A stretch of 62,143 bases of DNA, counting the filler, from Nemertoderma westbladi (Eukaryota > Animalia > Xenacoelomorpha): the NCBI GenBank assembly GCA_032718475.1. It is 3 parts of 3 records of this genome, joined end to end, with 100 filler letters (N's around TTAATTAATTAA, not from the genome) between each part and the next. Parts side by side here need not be neighbours in the genome. Positions count along the whole stretch, not along the records: positions 20,989 to 50,487 come from JAUCBJ010008303.1; 2 more parts are not named here. One strand, given 5' to 3'. Below are positions 37,949 through 50,587 of the stretch, piece after piece. The notes beneath the pieces were generated by a model that worked only from the letters and a program-made list of their open reading frames with translations, did no database searches and was not told the DNA's origin. The number at the start of each line of letters is the position of its first letter. Within the stretch, counting starts at the first letter, position 1. The position numbers were made by a program, and so were the translations under genes.

Positions 37949-40900
37949 TTACGTTATGGAGTCCCTAGATGTTTGAAGGATTAGGGAGGTGGTCGTGGGA
38001 AGAGAATCTTGCCTTCCACAGTTTCCGGAGAGTCCTCCATTCCCTTCCGGTAAACACAAACGACCGACTGGGTGATTGAGCCGCTGCATCCCGAATACAA
38101 TTCCAGGTTTCCTCTTCGTCCTGGAATAGTGACGATAGAAACATCGCTCAAAGTATATGACGGCGTTACAAAGCCGATTCCAGGAGCTATAGTGGTCCGT
38201 CGCTCCCTGCAGGAGAGGTAAGAGTCCCTGCGAGACGTCTGATGTTCCAGAGCTCCAATCGCTCCCTCCGATCTTCTTGAAGGATCCACTCGCGGTGGGG
38301 AGGTCCAGATCCACGGCGTCGTCCCTGGCAATATGTAATACCGACAGATCTATCCCGGGTTCAAATAACTCCGATCCACCCGTCCGGGTTTTAGTTTTGA
38401 CTTTCTCCGCTCCCTTGGCTGGTCTAATCTCAGTCGGAGTAAGATGGGGAGGCCATTCATCCTCCTTACTCAGGAAGTCGGGTTCACCTAACCGGTCTGT
38501 AGTATCTGTCAGTTCTTGAGGAGTTGCTCCTCTGGAAGCGATGTCAGTTGGATTAAACTGCTTGGGGCAATATCTCCATTGATCTACATTGGAGCTAAGA
38601 TTGTCATTATCTGAGGAGTGTGGTGTTCCCTCAGTTGGGTCGTCTCCCTCACTAGTATCATCTTCCCATTTACTCACCTGGCGGACGCGATCTTGAAGCA
38701 GTCTTTCTCTGAGCGTTCTTCGGGAAGGTCCGGTAAGGTACCAACCTACTCTAGTTCTTACCGCATAGGTCTGAAGTGGTTGCGGTTGAGCAGGTCGTTT
38801 CTCCAATGTCTCCAGCGCCTCATGCGCGTTTTGACCGATTAATATTTGTACTCCAGGATAATCGGTGTCGAATCTAGGGATGTTAAGTTGTTGGACATGA
38901 TCATCTTCGTCCCAATTATAAGGTTCCACTTGGGTGGTAGCGAAGTTCTTTATTGCCACCATTTTGACTGACCTTATACTGTATTCTCCTAGTTTATCCT
39001 GTGGAGTGGACAACTCACCTATATAATAGTCGGCAGCTACAGTAGAATTCCAAACCTGCATGATCCCTGACATGTTTAGCTTGGTTCGGAACTTGGGTTG
39101 TCCAGCAAAGATGACTTCGGCTAGTTCTTTATCGATGAATGTTCCTGTGCTACCGGAGTCCAGGAGGGCGTTCACTATATAGCTCTTCTGAGGTCCGTGG
39201 ACCCGTAACTGGACTACAGGAAATTCTCGGATTCCTATATTGGAAGTTGGCGTTTTCCAAGATGGTTGTTGATCAGAAGTAGTTAAGGTAAGGTCGCTGT
39301 CTGTGTCTTTCTCATGCACGAGTGCTCGATACACTGCGGTGGTGTTTATTAGGTAACAGGATTCGTTTTGGTCGGAGAACTCGTCCGTATAGAATCCTTC
39401 CATCTCAGATTGATCAGTGTCGTTCACATCACTAAATTGGACATGTAGTTCGGACTCACTTACCTGACTCGGACTATTTCGTTCGAATTCCGTGTGCAAC
39501 AAGATATGATGTTTTGCGCCGCACTTTGCACACCTTGCGTCGGAGTAACAGGTTCGCCGTTGGTCTCCTCGTCTGAGGCAATTATAACACAACCGCTTAT
39601 CCCACATGACTTCACGTCTATCCTTTAGTGATTTCCTCAGGAATTTATCACACGCATTTAAACGGTGGGGCCCGTCGCACAGCACACATTTCGGCTTGAT
39701 GTTACTTACTTTAACCTGTGCTATGTGGTGCACACTTGTTCTTTCCTCGGGCTTTCTCACCTGAATTCTTTTAGGAGACGTAGGAGGGGTTTTTTGTACC
39801 GGTTCCCTTCTGTCATTGGGTCGAGACTTGGATTTACTTACCTGATCTTTAGGCGTTTTATTGACATAAGATCTTTCAGTGTCTTTCCCGCTATCCTCTC
39901 CTTGAGAAGTCTGGCTTTCGCCGTTGTCTGTATAACACACTGGTGTTACCCTTCTCCTAGAAACGGGTTTCTCACTTACCTTGTTTTCCAGTGTCTTCTC
40001 TCTGGACTGCCTTAGGAGCTGTAATTTCACTTCTCCATCTAAGAATGACATGAGATCAGCCATGGTAGGGTCTCGTCGTTGTTGTTCCATCATATATAAC
40101 ACTTTCTTGTCCCAGCGTGTACCTACTCCACCCTTCGGTAAAGTAGAAGCCACTGCTCTAATAACCATAGCACTCTGATACTCATGAGACTTACCTAGCC
40201 AATCTAATTGTCTGCAGATCTCCTGAATTTCATCGGAAAACTCTATAATCCCGCTGCTAATAAACTTTCGGGGCGCTACCAACTTTGCATACAAATACCC
40301 AGCTATGTTATTCCTATTACCATACCTGATGTTTAGTGTATCCCAAACTTGTCTTAATCCGTCTGGATGTCCAATAAACCTTAACGCCATTAACTTGGGA
40401 GATTCTTCCAAGCACTCGATGAGGAATCTAAGTTTCTCTCCATTAGATAGTACAGAGTTCTGTATGTTATCTTTGTAATATTCATTAAAAGGTAACCATC
40501 CCATCTCATCTCCACTGAACTTGACGATCTCTCCCACCTTCACCGCTTGCCGGGCTTCGGTTCTAGCCATTTGACGCGTAAAACTTTCTTGGGCCATCGT
40601 ATTATTGAATAGAGAATTATCGGTATATAAGTTTCTCGGATTATTATCAAGTCTAGATGAGATATCATTATCAACAGGTTTATAATTACCCTTAATAGGG
40701 TTTACTATAGGAGTTTCTGCTTCTCTAGCAGTATATATGCGTGTAGGCTCCACACCTTGCGCATGAGATACTTCAGACCTAACAGGTTGACACATTGTTA
40801 CAGGGGGTGGTGTTATACCCCTTTGTGTATTTATTAATTTATCGCGTTCTAGCGCGATACTTTGCTGCACTTCTTGCAACTCAAGCCTACTTTCCCTTAC

Positions 40901-42310
40901 TGTGCCCTTGAATTGCTGAACCGTCTCCTGCATCTGCCCGAGCAGGAGATCCATCCCCCGCCGTCTCTCGTCCACCCATTCGACCGCCGAAGCGGGAGTC
41001 GCCAACGTTGTAGCGAGCGGACGAGGGACCACGGGCGACAAATCAGGAATATTTCGCTCGGGGTCCAGCACCTGAACTGTCTCCTGGGCAATTCTACGGG
41101 GCACAGGTAGCTTAGTGCTATGCAGAGGGAATTTAGAGGTAGTTTCAGGGAGCACAGGTGTGTCTATCACCGAAGGGGTGATTTCAAGAACAGGCCTAAT
41201 TATTTCAGGCTCATCTACTATAGTAGGGAGTCTTTCTATTTTAATTATTTGGTCTGTGGGCTCTGTACTACCTAAGTTGGTGTTATTTAGTTGCCTTCTA
41301 ACAGCTGGAGGCAAATCAGGCAATTTCTGACGGTGGAATGTTCTTTTACGTCTGCTTAGACGAGATCTATTTCCTTTGCCTTCAGTATCGGTGGTATCGC
41401 CTTCCTCAGATGATGTATATCCCTGTCTTTTGGGAGTAGATCGATTCATCATCTGCATATTACTAGCTGTTAACTGTTTATTTATGCAGTCTTGATTCTC
41501 CTGAATGTATTCCAATTCTAGTTGGGTGGTTTCTTCAGATGCCTTTCGTTCTGCTTCTGCCACTGCAGCTGCTAAAGCCGCTTTTCTTTCTGCTTCTGCC
41601 ACTGCAGCTGCCAAGGCCGCTGCTATTTTCTTTCTGTCTTCTATAAGTTTTTTCTTTACTTGCTCTTCTTAGACTCTAGTGATGCGGAGTTGTTCATCAA
41701 ATTTAGCCTGATTCGCAGCTAACATTTCCGCATCGATTGCGTCCAGCACAAGCTTGGTTCCTTCACTATTAGGGTTAAGCCCCTCCAGCCTTCTCCTCAA
41801 CTCTTCATCTCCTACAAAGCGTTGATAGTCTGACAGATAGATGTCAATAGCATCCCTCTTATGCGGTTTCTCTGCTGTCACTTCGCTTTCTTCTTGAGAA
41901 GAAGTGGCGTCGGTTGATTCTTCATAGGTTGGCCGCTCATCATAAACCTTATCCGCCATCTTCGCTCCGCGTTCGGGCGTCCGCTCAACAGTATCCGAAC
42001 TACTGGAGCTATCAGGCCGTTGAGAAGTAAGTTCTTGGCTCGCGGGTTGTTGCGGTTCCGCTGCTTCTTGGTCCCGCTTGACCTGAGCTCGAGTGCCTAT
42101 GATAGACCTACGATGTTGGACTAGCCTAGGGTCTGATACTACTACTTGAGGGATGATCTTTCGCACAGTAGGAGGGGACTTAGACTTTGGTCTGGGATGT
42201 TCCATACTTTGATCTTGGTCACAGATCCTTTTAAGACGCTGTCTAAGTCTAATACTCATTCTAACACCCTCTAAGAGACTATCTGACAATGTTTGTTGTG
42301 AGTCAGACAT
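37949..42310 (-). pseudogene. BEL/Pao gag-protease polyprotein with one in-frame stop (41669-41671) and an in-frame RT/RNase H deletion
   Basis: ORFs 41669-42310 and 37949-41614 share a frame; DUF1759-type KFSGD..W..F; triple knuckle CVLCDGPH..C/CYNCL/CAKCGAKHHILLH; ALLDSGS protease; TRVGWYLTGP runs on to QWRYCP..NPTDIASRG. Confidence 0.9.
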
Positions 42311-43504
42311 GTTTGGTTGTACAGTTGAATGCCTACTGCTATATTACAGTCCAAGCAAGTCTAGTAATTCAGTATTAACTGCTAGCCTAGTAATTAATTA
42401 CCGATACTGCTACTCAGTGTAGCGTGATATATATAATATTAGAATACCGGTATGCTTATGGTATATATAAGTATTATTACAGACTAGGTTTTTCACAGAA
42501 ACCGGTATATAATTTTAGTACAAATATATATAAATATATAATAGGCCTATCGTGGATACCGGTATGTCAATTATTTTAGAATAATTGAATTTCTGAATTT
42601 TAAGGGTTACTTGGTTACTTTAACTTACTTTATTACCGTTATTTAAGCAGTAGTCCAACTGATATTGAGACCTAATGGTTGTATGGTAGGCCTACTATTT
42701 ATAAATCGTTAGATTTGATTTATAATATATATATACCCGTTTTAATGGGTTTAGTCAATGTTTGAAATAAATGTTATTATTTCTGGGGAGTAATCACTAC
42801 ACAAAGCGGTGCGCTTTCAGTGAAGTGCTACTTATAGGACACTAAAACAAATAATTCTAATTTACCTAAGTTACTTAATACTACAAATTACGTACAATTC
42901 GGGTGAGATTACAATCTCTAAATAAACACAAAAATTTACAAAAAACACAAAATACGAATTTTCAGGGTAATTTTACAGGAAGTCTACAAACCAGCCTAAC
43001 AAAGGGTTAGAAATCTGGTTATTACAACGGACAGGGTACTGCAGTATTTGAAAATAATACGTAGTAGTAAATACACTGCGTTGTCCAGATAGGAAAATAC
43101 CACCGCCTGACGACCTATAGCCGTATCGCTACAGGTACTACGTTATGTATCACGGAGTGTTCCCACCTAGAAGTTAATAGAGCTAATCGAACGTGCCTAT
43201 CAACCACTTTACAACACAAATATAATGCCTACACTAATTACTTTCGGAAAGCACTGTACACTAAACCCTAAATTAGGTACGAGTACTTGTACAACAGATA
43301 ATCAGTAGTTAAATATACTTGAACAGCTAAAAGAACCACGGCATCTGCTGGAGTGACCGGTGCACAAAATCACCAGTCTTTACCTACGCCAAGCAGCCCG
43401 TGTAGTACCGGGGTTAATTTAACTATAGCGGTATGTATAACAAACACAATTATTGTAGGAACAAACTTGGGGAATGAATGTTGCGAATAATCGCATAAAC
43501 TCTG

Positions 43505-44077
43505 AATAATAAATATTACGCTACGCGTACAAACCACTCAAACAAAATGCAGACCAAACACTGACAGACTACTATCAAGCCTAAATAAACTACAGGACAT
43601 GCAGACTCCGAAATGATTAGGTAGTATGCGTTCTAACCCAGTAGTACGACTTATTCTTTAGTTGGGGGTTTACCTTACAGCATTGGCTGCCCCTACTTCC
43701 TAACCGTTCTTTATCGGACAGAGGCTCTACACACACTGCAATCCGTTCAGACCTAATAACAGCCAGACAACTATCCAGCCTACAAATTATCTAAATAAAT
43801 ATTATACGCTACCCGTACAGACTTAAACAAACAAAGTACAGACTAAACGATGGCAGACTACTCTCAAGCCTAAATAAACTACAGGACATGCAGACTCCGA
43901 AATGATTAGGTAGTATGCGTTCTAACCCAGTAGTACGACTTATTCTTTAGTTGGGGGTTTACCTTACAGCATTGGCTGCCCCTACTTCCTAACCGTTCTT
44001 TATCGGACAGGTGATCTACACACACTGCAATCCGTTCAGACTTAACAGCAATCAGACAACTATCCAGCCTACAAATT
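43505..44077. repeat. ~290-bp tandem duplication in the BEL 5' UTR
   Basis: CAGACTACT.TCAAGCCTAAATAAACTACAGG...CTATCCAGCCTACAAATT at ~43565 and ~43855. Confidence 0.9.
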
Positions 44078-44257
44078 GTCTGTACAATCTGATCAGGCTT
44101 ACACGCCTTCTGTTCAATACTGGCCTACAAACAAATAAAACCGACAGAAACAAGTAAAATCTCAATAAAAAACCAGGGCGGCCGTTCCCTGATTAAGTAC
44201 TAAGACCTACCGGTATATAACTATCAAATTCGAATAATACTAATGTACTTATACTGG

Positions 44258-44380
44258 AAGTACCGGTTAGGACAGTTGGGCCTACGGACCTACAGAAGTA
44301 CCGGTTCTGGCAGTTGGACCTACGGACCTACGGCAGTACCGGTTCTGGCAGTTGGGCCTACTGACCTACAGATGTACCGT
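44258..44380. repeat. ~38-bp tandem repeat, 3 copies, in the BEL 5' UTR
   Basis: GTACCGGTTCTGGCAGTTGGGCCTACGGACCTAC recurs. Confidence 0.75.
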
Positions 44381-44518
44381 TCAGGTTTACCGGTTGACCG
44401 GTACTTTCAACTTTATTGCTTACCGCAATAAAGAAGCTATATCCGTTATTGTTCTTACCAGAACAATATTAAACTGTATTTAATGCCTACACTGCAATAC
44501 AGACTAAATATCCGTTAT

Positions 44519-45706
44519 TGTTCGCGCTTTCAGACCTTTGGCAGTTTAACCCGCCAAATTAGGATGTCTTCTATATAATAAATCACTTTTAGCCTCTGAC
44601 AAGTATTTGATTCACTACACTAGTCGAAACCAATCTGTGCGCGATCATTCACCCGCTGGATATACCCGGGAGATTGGGTTCGACGGCTTAATCTTATTGC
44701 TATGTAAGCCTAATGTATTATTCGACTGACAGTATTATATAATCTCTGACAATATTATTCACCTTCGGGGAATATTAACAGTTCCTTTAGGACGTGGCGC
44801 TCTATCTATATAAACAGAGTTATGACTTAAACTACTCACAACGATATGGCTTAGTTATAATTCACATATATGGCGCATTCTTTAGGAAATGCTTCGTTAT
44901 CAGTCTCACTCATACACAATGCTGCACAATACTGCACACTGATCTGCCGATCTTCACTGATTTTAGTTATATATAAAAGGAACACGGACCGACTCATGTA
45001 GGGTCTATCAAATAACATTAGATTCACTTCAAACCACTTTAACATAAGTCACAATCGTTATATGTAACCTTTCTCTCTTACCTTCGGTATATCAAGAATA
45101 TTGGGTTTCGGGGTTATTTATCGTTATTCCAAATATAATAATTCATCAACCATATTATGAAGAACCGACAGTAAATAGCAGTATAACAATATAAAAGTAT
45201 GCACAGGTATGTTTGATTAGGTATGTTGAGTTGCATGAGTTGTGACAATCAGTCAGTTTTGTTATGATAACGGATATATGTCCTTATAATTAAGCCTACT
45301 AGTGTAAGGCCAGAGCCCCGCTCTCTTCCTGGCTTAGAATCACCAACAACACTAAAAACTGATAAGAATAACTATAAGAATACCAGCTACCCTTATTCTA
45401 CAAAGATCTCACCCACCACAGAGAATGAGCATACAGATAGGAAATTCAGTTCAGTAGATCTGTGATAGGTCAAAATCAAAACCAACTCAAATCCTATTGG
45501 CAGATACAGAAAGCAGGGCTATGGGGCAACCTTCCCAAGCTGGTTGGACGATCGAACATAGCCCAGATCCCTTCGTACAGCAAATCAGCCAATCAGCCGG
45601 TAGCTTGCACTATTCGAGCTAGAGATCCCTTTTAGAGTATTCCAGCGCCTTGGGGGGAACTGGTTAGCAAAGCAAACGAATCAGTTATCCCACAAAAGCT
45701 TTTACA
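44519..45706 (-). repeat. 5' LTR of the BEL/Pao element
   Basis: Direct repeat of 33523-34710 with a few substitutions and small indels. Confidence 0.95.
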
Positions 45707-47800
45707 CACTGTGAGGGCTATACTGCCTTTACAGAAGCAGTTAAGTTAGCAGCTGCAGAAACAGTTCCTGTATACCCTCAAAACAGGAAAAGGGCCCCCT
45801 GAACTGACAACAAAATTCAGAAGTGCCAAAATGACCTCTATAAGGCGCAGAAAGAGTCCCAACTCAAACAGACTACAGCGGCCAAGCAGTTAAGGCTGCA
45901 TCTAGGTCCCTGAACAGGCAGTACTCTGTTAATTTACAACAGCTAATAAACCAAGAGGTTGATGCCATCACAGATGCTGATGACAGCAGGCAATCATCCT
46001 TGGCATGGAAATAGATCAACTTGCTTACTGGGTGGAAAAGCCAACCAACCACCAAGATTAAGGCTGAATCACTAGCCGATCGCCTCAATGGTTGGAAGGC
46101 CCACTTTGAAAAGCTCCTCTTTAATGACAGGGTATTGCCTGATAACTTTATAGAAGTAAAAGTGTCTGAGTCTGTACTCCCAGATATTCCCATTGGCGAT
46201 ATCTTCTTCGCTGAAGTAGTAAGGCTGCTGCAAAGAATATTAAGACCAATCATGCCAGTGGAGTAGATGGTGTTCCCCCTGAGGTCTTTAAAATACCTGA
46301 GTGTTTAAAGCTCATCTATCCCATCATAGTAGATATGTACCAAACAACAAGAGTCCCACAAGAATTGAAAACAAATAAGTTGGTGCCAGTTCCCAAGAAG
46401 GGCAACCTAACACTCTATGGTTATTTTCAGGGAATTTCATTGATATCGATTGCTGCAAAGCTATACAATAAAATTCTATTAAATCGCATCAGGGATCCCA
46501 ATGCGAGACTGCTCCGTGGAAATCAGAATGGTTTCCATAAAGGTGATGGGACCATGGAGCCCATTTTGGCACTTAGAAGGATAATTGAAGAAGAAAGACA
46601 GGCTTCTGGCTGTTATCTTTGTTGACTACTTCAAGGCTGTGGATTCAGTCTCTCGCTCACGTATGTTCAGCATACTTTTATTATATGGGATTCCTGATGA
46701 AATTATTGCAGCAATCAGATCAGTATACGATGGTTCGACAACATTTGTCTCTCCTGTTGATGGTGACACAGAACCATTTGAAGTGTTATGGGGCGTCCTC
46801 CAAGGAGACACACTTACACCATTCTTGTTCATTATTGTGGTTGACTATGTTCTACGCATGTCCTTAGATCATCATAATGATGATGGGGTGATGATAACTC
46901 CACCTACTGGCTCCAGAAGTCGATGAAATCCTGCCAAGTACCTAACTGATCTAGACTTTGCTGATGACTTAGGAGTACTCTCAGAAACATTAGAGGGAGC
47001 CCAACGGCTCCTCAGCTCATTAGAACATGCTGCTTCTAGTGTTGGTCTTTTTATTAACTCCAGAAAGACCAAAATTTAGACAGTTAACTTTGAAAGTCCT
47101 CAGCAAGTCTCTGATCGGATGAGCATAAGCTCAAAGGATGGTATGCTTGAGCATGTGGACGACTTCTGTTACCTGGGATCATGGATCCGGAAGTCAGGTG
47201 AGGACCTTCGAATGCGTAAGGGAAAGGCATGGGCAGCCTTGAATAGGCTTTCCAGGATTTGGAAGTCACCGAGAATTAATCGGAAACTTAAGGTCCGATT
47301 ATTTAGAGCAGCAGTAGTTCCAGTACTCCTCTACGGGAGTCCATGCTGGGCTCTAACTGCTGAGGACACCAAATCTCTGGATGGCACATTCACAAGAATG
47401 CTACGCCGGGTTCATTATGTCAAGTACAATGCACACATCTCCAACCAGACACTATATAACATTGGAGGTGTCTCATTGGTTCCCCCAAGCTTGACACTAG
47501 AACAAAATCGCCTCCGCTTTGCAGGACATTGCTTTCGCCGTGAGGACCAGCCAGTGCATAATCTTGTACTTTGGCAGCCTCATGGAGTGAATAAGCATGG
47601 TGGACAGCCCATTACTTTCTTGAGACGCATCTTAAAGGACACTGGCCTTGAAGATGCGTATGATCTAGCAAATGTCATGGGTGATAGGGAGTTGTGACGG
47701 TGCAATTTTGTTGACAAGCCGGCACAGCATTCTTAAAAATGCAGCTGCAATGCAGCATGCCGATCCTTGTAGTAGTAGAGTAGGTAAAGTAAATAGTAGG
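45707..47800 (+). mobile_element. RTE-type non-LTR retrotransposon, 5'-truncated and degenerate
   Basis: VPVPKKG, GISLISIAAKLYNKILLNRI, NQNGF, FVDY.KA.DSV, GVLQGDTL.PFLF, LDFADDL, FCYLGS, RLRFAGHC across several frames; GTA-rich tail. Confidence 0.9.
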
Positions 47801-47913
47801 ATTTAGTAGGTAAATATGTGATTCCGTCTATTATCTGACCCGACCAATCTAGAATTATAGTTATATAAGTTGAATGTGGTCTATATCACGTAATCGGTAT
47901 ATAATAATAATAA

Positions 47914-47947
47914 TGCTATATTTCAGCCAACAGGCCTTTATCAAGCA
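47914..47947 (-). ncRNA. mirror copy of the hammerhead-like motif in the left arm
   Basis: Exact reverse complement of 48873-48906. Confidence 0.6.
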
Positions 47948-48057
47948 GTAATCAACTATGCGTCTAACCGGTAAGGATACTAGAAACTATTATACTACTG
48001 ACAACTACTGCACCAATGACAAAAATACTGCTACCGGTAGGTATCTAGGTTGCACCT

Positions 48058-48093
<36 letters not shown>

Positions 48094-48116
48094 TACTACT
48101 GTATAAAAGTTAATTT

Positions 48117-48440
48117 TCACCACCCCGCATCGTGTTCTTTTAGGTATTGGGTGTTGAGTGTTGGTCTGTCTCTTTTAATATAGAATTTCTCCGCTAATTT
48201 ACGTTCTGTCCAGTCTTTACATATGCGTTTAATTTGTACTGTAAATGGGTTGGTGTAATTAGTATTCCCCGGGTGTTTATCTACGTAGTGCTCCCCTATA
48301 GCTTCCTTTCTATTCCCTTGCCTCACGGAGTTCTTATGTCTGTTAATCCTTTCGCGGAGGGGCCCTACCGTTTCTCCAATATAATTCTCTACGTGTTGGG
48401 TGCAAGCCGTGCACCTAATCTCATAGACAGCGTTCCTCAC
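48117..48440 (-). pseudogene. Penelope GIY-YIG endonuclease C-terminal fragment
   Basis: VYEIRC..C....YIGET..LRERINRH..AIGEHY..RKLAEKFYI..PTLN. Confidence 0.88.
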
Positions 48441-48677
48441 TGTACACTTTGTTACGCCGTTGTTACACGTGTAACAGATAGTTCCGGCAGTAGACGGACA
48501 CTGAACCTGGTGCTATTTTTAGAATATTTGAATAGTTGCCTCCCCACCATTAAATATACACTAGAAAAGTCCTATATTAAAATTCTATATTAAAAGAGAC
48601 AGACCAACACTCAACACCCAATACCTAAAAGAACACGATGCGGGGTGGTGAAAATTAACTGTTATACAGTAGTAGGG

Positions 48678-48726
<49 letters not shown>

Positions 48727-48872
48727 GGGGGGGGGGGGGGGGGGGGGGTAGGTTGCAACCTAGATACCTACCGGTAGCAGTATTTTTGTCATTGGTGCAG
48801 TAGTTGTCAGTAGTATAGTTTTCAGTAGTATAGTTTCTAGTATCCTTACCGGTTAGACACATATTTGATTAC

Positions 48873-48906
48873 TGCTTGATAAAGGCCTGTTGGCTGAAAT
48901 ATAGCA
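48873..48906 (+). ncRNA. minimal hammerhead-ribozyme-like motif (U3-A8 core variant) in the pLTR
   Basis: TGC-TTGATAA-A-GGCC-TGTT-GGCT-GAAA-TATA-GCA: stem I, core, stem II, GAAA, reduced palindromic stem III. Confidence 0.6.
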
Positions 48907-49574
48907 TTAGTATTATTATATACCGATTACGTGATATAGACCACATTCAACTTATATAACTATGATTGCTCCCGTAACCTGGGCGATGAATTATCTTAGA
49001 AATCTAGAATTATTGCAGCGGGAATTTACCTATTGTACCCGACTTACGGTAGAAAACGAACGTCTACGCCTTACAAGGTCTAACGAAACATAGGGCGCTA
49101 TCAGCTAATGTTCAAAACTCAACAATACGTGAAAAGCAAAAAAAACAAATACACCAATTATAAATAACGATATATAAAGTACTCCTTTATACTCTCCGGT
49201 TATACACCCAGTAAATAAGTGTATCAAATACTTGCAAAATACTACTTACCCACAAAATACAATAAAACGGGATTAGTGTTTACAATATAAATCGATAAAT
49301 ATTTATGCACCAATTCCTACCAATTACGATGGCCAATCGAAATTAGAGAAAATAAGCACATTAATAGAACAAATAAGCAAATCAAAAAAGTCCAGGGGGG
49401 CTGAGAGTTGGTTATTACTGGGAGGGGAATAGAACACTGTTTATTACTGTTAGCGCTTTTAGTAAAATATATGTTCTTTCTATATCAATTTCTTATATTT
49501 TGACTCTTCGGCAACTACGCAGAGATTCCATGCACTGTGGGCTTTTAATTACTGGTCTGATACAATAAACGGGA

Positions 49575-50487
49575 TTGCGCTAGTGTACCTGTCACCGAGG
49601 GCCGCTCACGGAGTTGCGCTAGTGTACCTGTCACCGAGGGACCGCTCACGGAGTTGCGCTAGTGTACCTGTCACCGAGGGCCGCTCACGGAGTTGCGCTA
49701 GTGTACCTGTCACCGAGGGCCGCTCACGGAGTTGCGCTAGTGTACCTGTCACCGAGGGCCGCTCACGGAGTTGCGCTAGTGTACCTGTCACCGAGGGCCG
49801 CTCACGGAGTTGCGCTAGTGTACCTGTCACCGAGGGCCGCTCACGGAGTTGCGCTAGTGTACCTGTCACCGAGGGCCGCTCACGGAGTTGCGCTAGTGTA
49901 CCTGTCACCGAGGGCCGCTCACGGAGTTGCGCTAGTGTACCTGTCACCGAGGGCCGCTCACGGAGTTGCGCTAGTGTACCTGTCACCGAGGGCCGCTCAC
50001 GGAGTTGCGCTAGTGTACCTGTCACCGAGGGCCGCTCACGGAGTTGCGCTAGTGTACCTGTCACCGAGGGCCGCTCACGGAGTTGCGCTAGTGTACCTGT
50101 CACCGAGGGCCGCTCACGGAGTTGCGCTAGTGTACCTGTCACCGAGGGCCGCTCACGGAGTTGCGCTAGTGTACCTGTCACCGAGGGCCGCTCACGGAGT
50201 TGCGCTAGTGTACCTGTCACCGAGGGCCGCTCACGGAGTTGCGCTAGTGTACCTGTCACCGAGGGCCGCTCACGGAGTTGCGCTAGTGTACCTGTCACCG
50301 AGGGCCGCTCACGGAGTTGCGCTAGTGTACCTGTCACCGGGGGCCGCTCACGGAGTTGCGCTAGTGTACCTGTCACCGAGGGCCACTCACGGAGTTGCGC
50401 TAGTGTACCTGTCACCGAGGGCCGCTCACGGAGTTGCGCTTGTGTACCTGTCACCGAGGGCCACTCACGGAGTTGCGCTAGTGTACC
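49575..50487. repeat. 39-bp GC-rich tandem repeat, ~23 near-perfect copies, runs into gap
   Basis: GTTGCGCTAGTGTACCTGTCACCGAGGGCCGCTCACGGA head-to-tail, no spacers. Confidence 0.97.
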
Positions 50488-50587
50488 NNNNNNNNNNNNN
50501 NNNNNNNNNNNNNNNNNNNNNNNNNNNNNNNTTAATTAATTAANNNNNNNNNNNNNNNNNNNNNNNNNNNNNNNNNNNNNNNNNNNN
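50488..50587. other. assembly gap/contig linker
   Basis: 100 nt of N with TTAATTAATTAA. Confidence 0.95.

Larger units (their letters stand above)
33523..45706 (-). mobile_element. BEL/Pao LTR retrotransposon, internally deleted (no RT, no integrase)
   Basis: Two ~1.19-kb near-identical TG...CA LTRs; BEL gag-protease on the minus strand; PPT-like GGGAGCGG adjoining the 3' LTR; no TSD. Confidence 0.92.
47859..49000. mobile_element. Penelope-like element insertion with inverted pLTR arms
   Basis: Arms ~47859-48188 and ~48580-48961 are reverse complements; GIY-YIG fragment on minus; RT thumb remnant FLEYLNSCLPTIKYTLE on plus; 13-bp TSD AATCTAGAATTAT (47846-47858, 49001-49013). Confidence 0.88.

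Noticed and set aside
48662-48862. Poly-proline ORF
   Set aside because: Translation of the G/C homopolymer in the Penelope arm.
49575-50487. CRISPR-like array (39-bp repeat)
   Set aside because: Units are head-to-tail with no spacers, no cas genes, eukaryotic context.
49583-50543. 282-318 aa repeat ORFs
   Set aside because: Translations of the 39-bp tandem repeat in several frames.
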